Source: Octopus sinensis (lineage: Eukaryota). From it: a stretch of 64,000 bases of DNA. The position numbers and the translations under genes were made by a program. Under the pieces are notes generated by a model. The model was not told where the DNA came from and searched no databases. It saw only the letters and a list, made by a program, of their open reading frames with translations. Location of the stretch: contig NC_043002.1 in the NCBI RefSeq assembly GCF_006345805.1, positions 20,956,001 to 21,020,000 of the forward strand. Reading direction: 5' to 3'. Positions 1 to 10,319 of this stretch are shown here, piece by piece. The stretch's first letter is position 1; the number at the start of each line of letters is the position of its first letter.

Positions 1-715
1 GGTTTGAATAATTCACCTCTGGAAACATGGGTGGTTCTTTCAACATCCTTAAACAACCCTTATCCAGGGACCTTTTGAGCGGGATGGGCTACTCAACCTG
101 AAGAAAATTCTAACTGGGCCCCACCTGCAAGGTCATGTGCTGTTTATCTTGATATGAGATCACAATGTCGCGCACATATGGTTGTGATGCATGTGCCTGG
201 TGTACCTTTATCAGACGGGTAGTCATGATGGGTATATTGGGCTTCGTATATTTTACCCCAGTGTCACTTTGATGGCATGCACTGCTCTCTCACTCAATAA
301 TAATAATAATCCTTTCTACTATAGCCACAAGGCCTGAAATTTTGGAGAGGGGACCAGTCGATTACATGTTTCTCTGGTGCTTAATTTATCGATGAAAGCT
401 AAAGTCGACCTTAGCGGGTTTTGAACTCAGAAAGTGCAGACAGGTGAAGTACCGCAAAGTATTTCGTCCGGCGTGATAACGATTCTGCCATCTCACCGAC
501 TTGACGACGACAACAACAACAATAATAATGGTTTCAAATTTTGCCACAGGGGCAGAAATTTTGGGGGAAGGGATGAGTCGATTACATCGACCCCCAGTAC
601 TTGATTGGAACTTATTTTATTGAACCTGAAAGGATAAAAGGCAAAGTCGATCTCAGTGGAATTTGAACTCACAACGTAGCGAATGGTGAAATACCGCTAA
701 GCATTTCGTCCATGA

Positions 716-1975
716 TAATTTCTTTTATTTGCCACCAGGTTGAAAGATGAGGGGGACAATACAAAGACAGACATAAAGTATGGGGGTTTCCATATAATGG
801 AATGATAAAAAAAAGAAAAGTATACACAGTATATATTAAAAGAAGGGAAGTATGCTTAGTATACGACATTAAGCAGAAGAGAAGAAAAAAGCGACAGTGA
901 TGGGGTCCTCCTGATACAGGAGGACCTCTAAGGAAAATCGAGGAACCCCACCATCCAAGATCACCCTGAATACCAAAGACAAGTGCCCTCTCCAGCTTCT
1001 TTCCTCCGACTCAGAGGTCTACACTTAGAGCAATACCATCCACTCTTGCCATTTTCGCAACTTTCACCCACCTTTTGATAAATCCACACGAGGTCAGCAC
1101 CTCCCTTCCCTCCTTCACTTTCCGTTTCAAGTGAAACTTGAAAATGTCGATGGGGGGCTTTACCAAAGAGGAATGACTCTTTCCTCATTCCTTTCAGCCT
1201 CGTTCACCAGATTACCGTTTTCGCCACAGCCACCAGACAAAGGAAAACTGTCTTGCCTGCCCGATTAAAGAAGGGTGTAGGGGCATTCATAACTACGGGT
1301 TCGGCCGACAGACGGATCCATCCCTCAAGCGACAGCATCATTTCGACATAACTCCACAAGTCAGCAATGTCCGGACACTGAATGAATGCATCCAGAACAG
1401 TTTCGTCCCTCTGTGAGCACCTCAGACAAGCCGTCTGACAGCACATTCGTGCCTGTAGAGTTCATCTCGAACCGCAGCGTTCTGTGGTAGCAATGCCAGG
1501 CCAAAGACATATGGAAATTATCTGTAATAGTCCTCGACCGGAAGGTTCCCCCGGAACAGACTAGCCAGTTCGTTTTCGTCAACGCCCAGGGTCTCCCCGA
1601 GGACATCATCGCACTTCCCCGCTATTAATCCTTTGTATATAGCTAAAGCGGAAGATCCACCAATCTTATTTCTCGACTGGTGGAGGACAGTGAACGTCTG
1701 ACGACAGACTGGGTACCAGACACCCGGTCTCGGCCTATCCTTTACCCAGGACTGCAACTCCGTCAAGGAGAGACGTGCGGAAAGACGTGTCTCACAAACG
1801 GAGTCGACACACATTCACATTCTATAAATCGCTGCAGGTGGCGCAACCTGAGTACGTGTCTACGCGTCTAAAGACATGGCATGCCTAAGCCGCCACTCAG
1901 AGGGGGTTGGTAGCACAGTGACCGCCTGACCATTGGAAAGCGTCTCTTACAGAGCTTGAAGTTACCGTGTCTTCA
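716..1975 (-). mobile_element. Tx1/L1-clade non-LTR retrotransposon, decayed 3' fragment
   Basis: Frameshifted peptides LAWHCYH, C..C...ETV..AF.QCP.IADLW.YVE and FLCLVAVAK.VIW resemble the zf-RVT region of Tx1-like ORF2. The 3' UTR ends in AATAAAAG near 720. Confidence 0.75.
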
Positions 1976-2029
1976 CACTATGGCGGCCATAACAACAACA
2001 ACAATAACAATAACAACAATAACAACAAC

Positions 2030-2077
<48 letters not shown>

Positions 2078-2078
<1 letters not shown>

Positions 2079-2624
2079 CAGTACCAGGCAGTGGCTCTCA
2101 TGGCTTCTGATCTTAACTGATTGGAAGTGTTATCATGTACATTGTTTTGTCTTGGTATAAAAAGATGGGCTCCAGCATATATTCTGCTCATTACCACAGA
2201 TTTGCTTGTCAGTTGTTTGACCTTAACCAGTTGAGCATGTCCCTTAGTGGCTGGCGATATGTGCATCTCTGATCACAAGCAGAAATAGTGGGGGAGCATC
2301 ATAGCCATGTGTTGAGAGGGATTCTTTGGGGTTTGAATAATTCACCTCTGGAAACATCGGTGGTTCTTTCAACATCCTTAAACAACCCTTATTCAGGGAC
2401 CTTTTGAGCGGGATGGGCTACTCAACCTGAAGAAAATTCTAACTGGGCCCCACCTGCAAGGTCATGTGCTGTTTATCTTGATATGAGATCACCATGTCGC
2501 GCACATATGGTTGTGATGCATGTGCCTGGTGTACCCTTATCAGACGGGTAGTCATGATGGGTATATTGGGCTTCGTATATTTTACCCCAGTCTCACTTTG
2601 ATGGCATGCACTGCTCTCTCACTC
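2078..2624 (+). mobile_element. Unclassified ~550 bp (AAT)n-tailed interspersed repeat (family A)
   Basis: Copies at 1-295, 2078-2624, ~3222-3765, fragments at ~50742-51095, and a reverse copy at ~60424-60813. The intact 3' ends all finish in ...CTCTCTCA(C/T)T(C/T) followed by (AAT)n. Confidence 0.8.
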
Positions 2625-2649
2625 AATAATAATAATAATAATAATAATG

Positions 2650-3212
2650 AAAGGAAGCGGGTGGAATCTCCCCATGTCCTAAGGATACATCTAGTGATGG
2701 TGTCACACTGGTAATCGCTACCTCATATGAGTGACAATGAAAAAACAAAACATTGTGAATAACGGTGGTAATGAAACTAAAGCCAATGATGGTGACAGTG
2801 TTACACCCGATAGTCTCAGAGATTCTGGTCCGGCTCCAGCCTATCGATATCCAGAAAGGGACCACCACGCACGGTGTAGAAGGAGCAAGCAAATTAATGC
2901 TGTGGTCATAGAGTATTACTGCCTGAACAACCCTGTAGATGAAAATGGTGCTGATATCAGGGGTTACGAACAACGTATATAAGGTGGTAGTAGTACTAAT
3001 AAATGTCAGAGCCCTGAGAACAGTGAGTAAAAATCTTGACAAGTACATGGAACAAATAGGGGCTGCAATAAGGGTGAAGCACTTGCAGAAAACAGCACTG
3101 CTTGGAACCGCTCGAATACTCCGGAAGGTGCTCGAAAAATAGTGAACTGCTGACACCGTAGTACATCTTCAGCGTTAGAAGCTGTACAAAGGCAATAAAA
3201 ATAACAATAATA
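2650..3212 (+). mobile_element. Internally deleted R4/Dong-like (RLE) LINE, SIDE-like
   Basis: N-terminal-like ORF 2731-2982 (VVIEYYCLNNPVDENG..IRGY.QR) joined at ~2980 to the C-terminal RLE tail (KVVVV...LQKTALLGTARILRKVLEK). (AAT)n lies upstream and an AAT-rich tail downstream. Confidence 0.72.
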
Positions 3213-3763
3213 AATGCTCTGATGCAGTACCAGGCAGTGGCTCTCATGGATTCTGATCTTAACTGATTGGCAGTGTTATCATGTACAGTATTTTGTATTG
3301 GTTTAAAAGATGGGCTTCAGCAAATATTCTGCTCAATACCTCAGATTTGCTTGTCAGTTGTTTGACCGTAACCAGTTGAGCATGTCCCTTAGTGGCTGAC
3401 GATATGTGCATCTCTAATCATGAGCAGAAGTAGTGGGGGAGTATCATAGCTGTGTGTGCAAAGGAATTCTTAGAGGTTTGGATAATTCACCTTTGGGAAC
3501 GTAGTACGTTCAAAATCCTTAACCAACCCTAATTCAGGGACCTTTTGAGCTGGATGGGCTACTCGACCTGATGAAAATTCTAACTGGGCCCCACCTGCAA
3601 GGTCATGTGCTGTTCATTTTGATATGGGATCACCATGTCGCTCACATATAGTTGTGATGCATGTGCCTCGTGTACCCTTATCAAACGAGTAGTCATGATG
3701 GATATACTAGGCTTCATATTTTTTACCCCAGTGTCTGTTTGAGGGCATGCACTGCTCTCTCAT

Positions 3764-3832
<69 letters not shown>

Positions 3833-3846
3833 TTGTTAAAACGTAC

Positions 3847-4064
3847 TCTAGAGTGTGGGCATTGTAGACCATAAACAATGGATTAGTCTGAGAGAGGACA
3901 TCGCTGCTGACTGAAATACCATCAAGGTACTGCTTGAGCAAGTATCTCAGCTTTTCGTTGTCACGTGCCAGTAAACTGTGTTCCATTATCAATACACGTT
4001 TGTCGAGTAGAACCTTGTTAAAACGCTTCCAGAAGTTGGTCAACGGCTTGTATTCATCCATCAT
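3847..4064 (-). CDS. CCDC65: CCDC65/DRC2 coding exon 8 (MMDEYKPLTNFWKRFNKV...LKQYLDGISVSSDVLSQTNPLFMVYNAHTL)
   Basis: Acceptor TTCTATAG|ATG. Hallmark NFWKR.NKV and LKQYLDGISV motifs. The 3' end at the GA|GTACGT donor (3846-3841) is inferred. Confidence 0.9.
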
Positions 4065-4857
4065 CTATAGAAAAAGAGTGACAAAACTTTTAGAAGACAA
4101 AACAGAAAAAGGAAATGGTGGTGCAGGTGGTGGTGGTGGTGGTTGTAGTTATGGTGGGAAAGTTAAAAGTAAAAATATTACGTTTCGGACTTAGCGCTTT
4201 GTCGGGTGTATAGCAAAGAGTCTAGAGCAGAGGGACAAAAGCAAGGAAGACGAAATAGGAACAGATAGTCAGTAGGAACGTGTGTTAGTGGCTGTATGCG
4301 CATAATCGCGCATATACTTACATCAGAATATGATCGTATATGAGAGGAAGGTGTGTTGAGAGTGTGACAATATCTGCTCGTGAATAAGGCGGCGAGCTGG
4401 CAGAAAAGTTAGTACGCTGGGCGAAATGCTTAGCGGTATTTCGCCTGTCTTTACGTTCTGAGTTCAAATTCCGCCGAGGTTAACTTTGCCATTCATCCTT
4501 TCAGGGTTTATTAAATAAGTACCAGATACGCACTGTGGTCGATATAATCGACTTAATCCGTTTTTCTGTCCTTGTTTGTCCCCTCTGTGTTTAGCCCCTT
4601 ATGGGTAGTAAAGAAATAGGTATTTCGTCTGTCTTTACGTTCTGAGTTCAAATTCCGCCGAGGTTAACTTTGCCATTCATCCTTTCGGAGAGGATAAATT
4701 AAGTACCAGTTGCGTACTGGGGTCGATCTAATCGCTGGCCCCCTCCCCCAAAATTTCAGGCCTTGGGTCTAGAGCAGAAAAGAATATCTGCTCGTGAATA
4801 CACGGGCAAAGGAAATAATGCACATTCACGGGTGGTGGCTGGTTTTTAATGAGGGTA

Positions 4858-4918
<61 letters not shown>

Positions 4919-4982
4919 GGAGATGAAGAGAATGAGATAGAATGAGATAGAGTACGATCGCGGTGAGAATTCGAGTGCTTAC

Positions 4983-5135
4983 TTTCTGTAAGTTTTTATT
5001 GCAAGGAATATGTTCATCCTGCCAGGCTTTCTCAACCTCCTCAGGTTTGATGGTGTCTGGATAGAAAGGGAGCACCTTCTCCCTTTCTGTTTCCAGTTTG
5101 CGGCATCTCTCGAACAGCTTCAGTATCTTGACCCC
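4983..5135 (-). CDS. CCDC65: CCDC65/DRC2 coding exon 7 (GVKILKLFERCRKLETEREKVLPFY...NLQK)
   Basis: Acceptor TTTAAG|GGG, donor AAA|GTAAGC, 153 nt. Hallmark KILKL.E.CRK.ETE.EKVLPFY motif. Confidence 0.96.
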
Positions 5136-5572
5136 CTTAAAACAAACAGTAAAACAGACGGAATAAATAAGTAATAAGTTATATAACGAATAATTGGTGA
5201 AAATCCATGCGTTATACAAAGAAATATCATAAGACCTTTGTTGTTTGTTTGCCTTTTAGGGTTTGATTATTGTGTATTGTTATTTATTTAGTGATAAAGG
5301 TACCCTTGGACAAAGAAAATTAGTCAATTCATTTTGCTGACCCATGTATTAGGCATAAGTGATGAATAGTACACTTTTACTCTTTTACTTGTTTCAGTCA
5401 TTTGACTGTGGCCATGCTGGAGCACCGCTTTTAGTCGAGCAAAACGACCCCCAGGACTTATTATTTGTAAGCCTTGTACTTATTCTATCGGTCTCTTTCG
5501 CCGAACTGCTAAGTTACGGGGACGTAAACACACCAGCATCGGTTGTCAAGCGATGTTGGCGGGACAAACACA

Positions 5573-5666
<94 letters not shown>

Positions 5667-6886
5667 CGACAGGCTTCTTTCAGTTTCCGTCTACCAAATC
5701 CACTCACAAGGCTTTGGTCGGCCCGCGGCTATAGTAAAAGAAAAAACTTAGCGGTTCGGCAAAAGAGACCGAGAGAATAAGTACTAGGCTTACAAAGAAT
5801 AAGTCCTGGGGTCGATTTGCTCGACCAAAGGCGGTGCTCCAGCATGGCCGCAGTCAAATGACTGAAACAAGTAAAAGAGTAAAAGAGTAAGGATGTTCAA
5901 GGTTCACGGAAATGTTCAAGGCTACGAAATATGTTTTAAAAAATATCAGTTAATTGATGTTATGTGGAAATGACCTAACAGTGTTTACAGATTCTAGTAT
6001 TACTATTTTCTATTACATGCCTGTATCTATGCTGGTAATATGTCAATGACCGGACTAAAACGACTGTGTATTCAGTTATGTCAATTATGGGATGATAAAG
6101 ACATTCTTTGACACAATACTTTTACTTCAACAGCTCAGATCTTTAATCTTTTCCAGTCCACTTCTACACATTTCTGTCATTTGGTGCAACTAAATACGCT
6201 GCGGCCATTTTTGCTATGTAGAATATCTTTTCTTTTATCTTTTAGTTCTTTCAGTTATTAGACTGTGGCCATAAACTTGCAGACGTACGAGCCGGCCAAA
6301 GAATAGTGGGTCCCACGGCATCATATATTCCTTCGTTTTTACATAGACCCATGAGATTTTCCCCACCTTGTTGCGTATGGGTACCATTTTACGATTTAAT
6401 AAACTCAAACGCTGTGGTTCATTGTTCTATGTCGAAGATTATGGCCATCAATTTCAGGAATGTGAAGGTAGGCCTTCCACAAGTCACTGAAAATTGCGGT
6501 TCCTGGAAGAATCGACTGATGTATGTGTTCCTCTAGTGTGTCACGATTCCAACATGGCACCGCATACCTTGTTAGATTGTCTCAACCGCCACAATTATAA
6601 GGGTGTTATTCCGCCCTAAGTCTACGATGAAAAGTATTCCAGCTGTAGCCATATTGTTTTTGCTTGCATATAGTGCTACATTATCTAATGCAGACTTTTC
6701 TTATTTTAGTTGGTCTCGTGTGATCTGAAGGAGATTTGGCTTCCATTCCCATCAGATCTAGCCACTACGGAGGCGCCCTCATTTGCATGCCGGAATACTG
6801 CAGTGAATTATTACAGAGGTCAGCCAGTAATAGTGGTGACGAGGAGATATAAAACTGAGAAACATTAGTAGAAAGACTATACTGAC

Positions 6887-7027
6887 CTTATCTCTTTGTC
6901 TGGTGAGTTTGTTGATGGCGTCATTACTCTCTAAAGCGAGACGAGTAAGTTTCTCGAACTCCGTAGTCCGTAACTTGTTCATCTCAATCTTCATTCCTTG
7001 CAACACAAACCTCATCTTATCCTTTTC
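6887..7027 (-). CDS. CCDC65: CCDC65/DRC2 coding exon 6 (EKDKMRFVLQ...LTRQRDK)
   Basis: Acceptor CAACAG|GAA, donor AAG|GTCAGT, 141 nt, phase 0. Contains L..L.LESN.A..KL. Confidence 0.93.
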
Positions 7028-7282
7028 CTGTTGATGAGAAAATATATAGGTTTGAAATTTTGACAAAGGCCAGCAGTTACGGGTGTGGGTAGGGTTAAGT
7101 CGATTACACCGACTTTAGCATTTTACTCGGCTTGTTCTGCTAGCACGCCGACTTGAGAAAATGTAACATTACAGAGTAAATATCAAAATAATATGATACA
7201 AAATAGAAACGATATGAAAGAAGAGAAGACAAGAGCACGCAGAGAGCGCAGACCTCCGCCAAAGCAGCACCAACATCCTGTG

Positions 7283-7838
7283 GAGGCCCAGTGGTTAGGG
7301 CAGCGGACTCGCGGTCGTAAGAACGCGGTTTCGATTCTCAGACCGGGCATTGTGAGTGTTTATTGAGCAAAAACACCTAAGCTCCACGAGGCTCCCGCGG
7401 GGGTGGGGGGGGGGTGAACCCCGATGTACTCTTTCACCATAACTTTCTCTCACTCTTTCTTCCTACTTCTGCCACAAAGCAGAGGAACCATGGTGTAACC
7501 CACTATGGTATGGTGAACTTTCAGACCCTAGTCTAGATTGCGAATCCTCTGTACCCCAGGATGGTTCAGCGCTCCACCCGTTAAAAGCCACCGTTTACGG
7601 AATGAGGATAACGACGTAGCTTTCGCGCCCGTGCAACCGCCAGTCTATCGCGTGTGGTGGGTGGATCTTAAAGTTGCCACACGCATTCTTAGTAGCTTAG
7701 AGTAGGCTCGAATTAGAGATTATTCTTTGTGGCTAATGGCATGAGTCCTGATTGGAAGAAGAAGAAGAAGAAGAAGAGAAGAAGAAGAAGAAGAAGAAGA
7801 AGAAGAAGAAGAAGAAGAAGAAGAAGAAGAAGAAGAAG
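7283..7838 (+). mobile_element. Family D SINE variant with a distinct ~290 bp tail ending in (GAA)n
   Basis: A second copy at ~26002-26480 has the same tail (CCATGGTGTAACCCACTATG ... GAGTCCTGATTGGAAGAAG). Confidence 0.8.
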
Positions 7839-7839
7839 A

Positions 7840-8435
7840 CAGAATTATCGGAGTTATGGGCATTGAAAGTGTACATGCATCAAGAAAGTGCAATAATAAG
7901 GTTTAGCAGTTCAAAACACTGAGTAGTAAAATCAGAATTAAGTCCGCTGAATCTGGAATCAAAAATTTATGTACAGTCAACGGAAACGTTTAACTGGAAA
8001 ATGTAGAATTATCGGAGTTATGGGCATTCAAGGAGTACATGCATCAAGAAAGTGTAATAATAAGGTTTCGCAGTTGAAAACTGTGAGTAGTGAAATGCAG
8101 AATTAGGGCCGCTGATCGTGCGAATCATATATTTACCACTTCACTAAAAACTAACAACTGTAAATGCAGGTGCTATGGGTTATTTCCCTTGAGTGTTAAA
8201 AAAATATTGCGCAAGTGGTATACGTTATTTCCCTTGGGTGTTTAAGAAAAAAAATTAGTTATATGAGCTAGTGATAAAGATCCCTTCCAGGGGCCGTATT
8301 TTCAACAATCTAAGTATGTCACTAGGTTTCCAGATATGAGTGCTACTCACGTATCAAGTTTTATCAAAATCAAGGAATCGATGTAGGAGGAGTTAGCTAA
8401 CAACGCCACAAACAAACACACACCGATGTAGTAGA
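7840..8435 (+). mobile_element. Possible Helitron/Helentron-like non-autonomous fragment with an internal ~165 bp tandem duplication
   Basis: AGAATTATCGGAGTTATGGGCATT repeated at ~7842 and ~8007. The 3' part CAAGTTTTATCAAAATC...GTAGGAGGAGTTAGCTAACAAC resembles DINE/HINE-type ends (from memory). Confidence 0.35.
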
Positions 8436-8886
8436 TATCTTTCCTTCTACCCATCTGTCTATCTGTCTGACTATGTATGTATGTATGTATGTATGTATGT
8501 ATGTATGTATGTATGTATGTATGTATCTATCTGTCTATCAGCCTATCAACCTACTTATATTTCTATCTATCCATCTCCATTGTCATGGACCCTCACCCCA
8601 CCCCAAAAAACAAAAAACAAAAAAAACAATGTTCTCTTCTAAACAAAACCCCACCAAAAAACATCTGTTTTATATAAATGAACAAGCTGTTTGTACATTC
8701 ACAAAATTGTATTTGACAAGTTCGGGAAAGGAATGAAGGAGCTATAATAATGAAAAAAAAGGATTTTTTTTCAAAAATTTTGACGACTTTTTTTCTCAAT
8801 GTTCAATTTCTGTACATCACACCTAACACGCGCGCGCACACACACACAACACACACACACACACACACACACACCACACACACACA

Positions 8887-8922
<36 letters not shown>

Positions 8923-8953
8923 ACATACATACATACTTACATACAATCATATA

Positions 8954-9018
<65 letters not shown>

Positions 9019-9162
9019 GTCTGTCAGTCTCTATCTATCTATCTATCTATCTTTCTATATATATATATATTCTATGCAGAAATATAACTTGGCTGTGAGT
9101 GCGTATCTGTGTAGACAAGACTGTAGTGAGTAGAGACAGAAAATAAATGACGATGTACAAAC

Positions 9163-9240
9163 CTCTCGTAGTTTTCGATTTTTCTCTTCGTTGACTTTTG
9201 CATTGTAGGCCATTTTTACCTTTAAGTTGCCAATCAGCTC
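9163..9240 (-). CDS. CCDC65: CCDC65/DRC2 coding exon 5 (ELIGNLKVKMAYNAKVNEEKNRKLRE)
   Basis: Absent from the ORF track. Found by looking for the ~26 aa gap between exons 4 and 6. Acceptor TTGTAG|GAG, donor GAG|GTTTGT, exactly 78 nt, phase 0. Confidence 0.88.
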
Positions 9241-9493
9241 CTACAATTTCACAAAAATTGGTGCCATTTGTACCAAGGTATATTTTAGAAGGAATAGAAT
9301 AGTATTACACTAGATATTTCAGTGGTGCACTGCTTTATAGGATTGTGTGTGTCTATACATACATGCATATACATATACATACATACATATATAAAGTTAA
9401 TCCAAACATGAAAACATAAAAAGAAAACACAACAACGCGAGGACGTGAAACAAATATAGTATTATTGGACGCTCAGGAAAGAAGGGAAGGAAG

Positions 9494-9528
9494 GTTCAAC
9501 GTTTCGAGCAGAGCTCTTCGTCAGAAAA
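9494..9528 (-). ncRNA. Ultra-minimal hammerhead motif in a ~200 bp insert (~9395-9600) between microsatellites
   Basis: Minus strand tttt-CTGACGA-a-GAGC-tct-GCTC-GAAA-CGTT-gaac: 4-bp stem II, ACGT palindrome, weak stem I. Confidence 0.65.
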
Positions 9529-9623
9529 ATAGGAAAAGGAAAGATCCAGAGAAGGGAAGACGGAGGAAAAAAAATCTCCAACGGTACACACGCGGTCACA
9601 TGTATATGTATGTATACATACAT

Positions 9624-9693
<70 letters not shown>

Positions 9694-10088
9694 GCTTACT
9701 TCCCAACCACATGGTTCCAGTTTCAGTCCCACTGCGTGGCACCTAGGACAAGTGTCTTCTACTTTAGCATCGGGCCGACTAAAACCTTGTCAGTGGATTT
9801 AGTAGACGGAAACTGAAAGAAGCCGGTCGTATATATATATATGCGTGTGTGTGTGTTTGTCTTCGTGTCTAAGTTTGTCCCCCGCCCCGGCTTGACAACC
9901 AGTGTTGGTGTGTTTACGTCCACATAACCTAGCGGTTCGGTAAAAAAATAAAACCATAGGATAAGTAGCAGGCGTAGAAAAAATCAATTGGGGTCGATTT
10001 ATTCGACTACAAATTATACGAGGCGTGCCCCAGCATGGCCACAGTCTAATGACTGAAACAAGTAAAAGATAAAAAATAAGTATATATA

Positions 10089-10319
10089 TCAGGTCATCCC
10101 ATAAGTTCTGTCCGATTTATCTTTTTTAAAATTGACTGAAATTTAAAAGTATTTTAGAATGTCTAACGGAATTTAAAAGTATTTTTATGCATTTATGGAC
10201 ATTTAAACTAATTAAATGTTACTTTACGGAATAACAGAATTAAAATTTCTTTGACTAAAACCCTTTCTAACATGGAAGTATCCAAAGAGTATTTGAGGCA
10301 CATAATGCTTTATGAGTAC
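10089..10319 (+). mobile_element. mariner 5' end fragment
   Basis: TA|TCAGGTCATCCCATAAGTTCTGTCCG TIR-like start. ATG at 10272 gives MEVSKEYLRHIMLYEY, then the element is truncated. Confidence 0.7.

Noticed and set aside
2078-2175. Two short U2 snRNA-like patches on the reverse strand of the family A 5' end (ATCAGTTAAGATCAGA; CCTGGTACTGCA)
   Set aside because: Short, mismatched, wrongly spaced and lacking an Sm site; could be chance. A cmsearch with the U2 model would settle it.
2655-2740. Minus-strand AG at ~2722 as the terminal CCDC65 exon
   Set aside because: It gives an immediate stop in the required phase and lies inside the Dong-like element; no resemblance to a DRC2 C-terminus.
3561-3610. 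CTGATGA/CTGAAGA inside family A (GACCTGANGAAAATTC...AGGTC hairpin) as a hammerhead
   Set aside because: No stem II followed by GAAA and no NUH/stem III arrangement on either strand.
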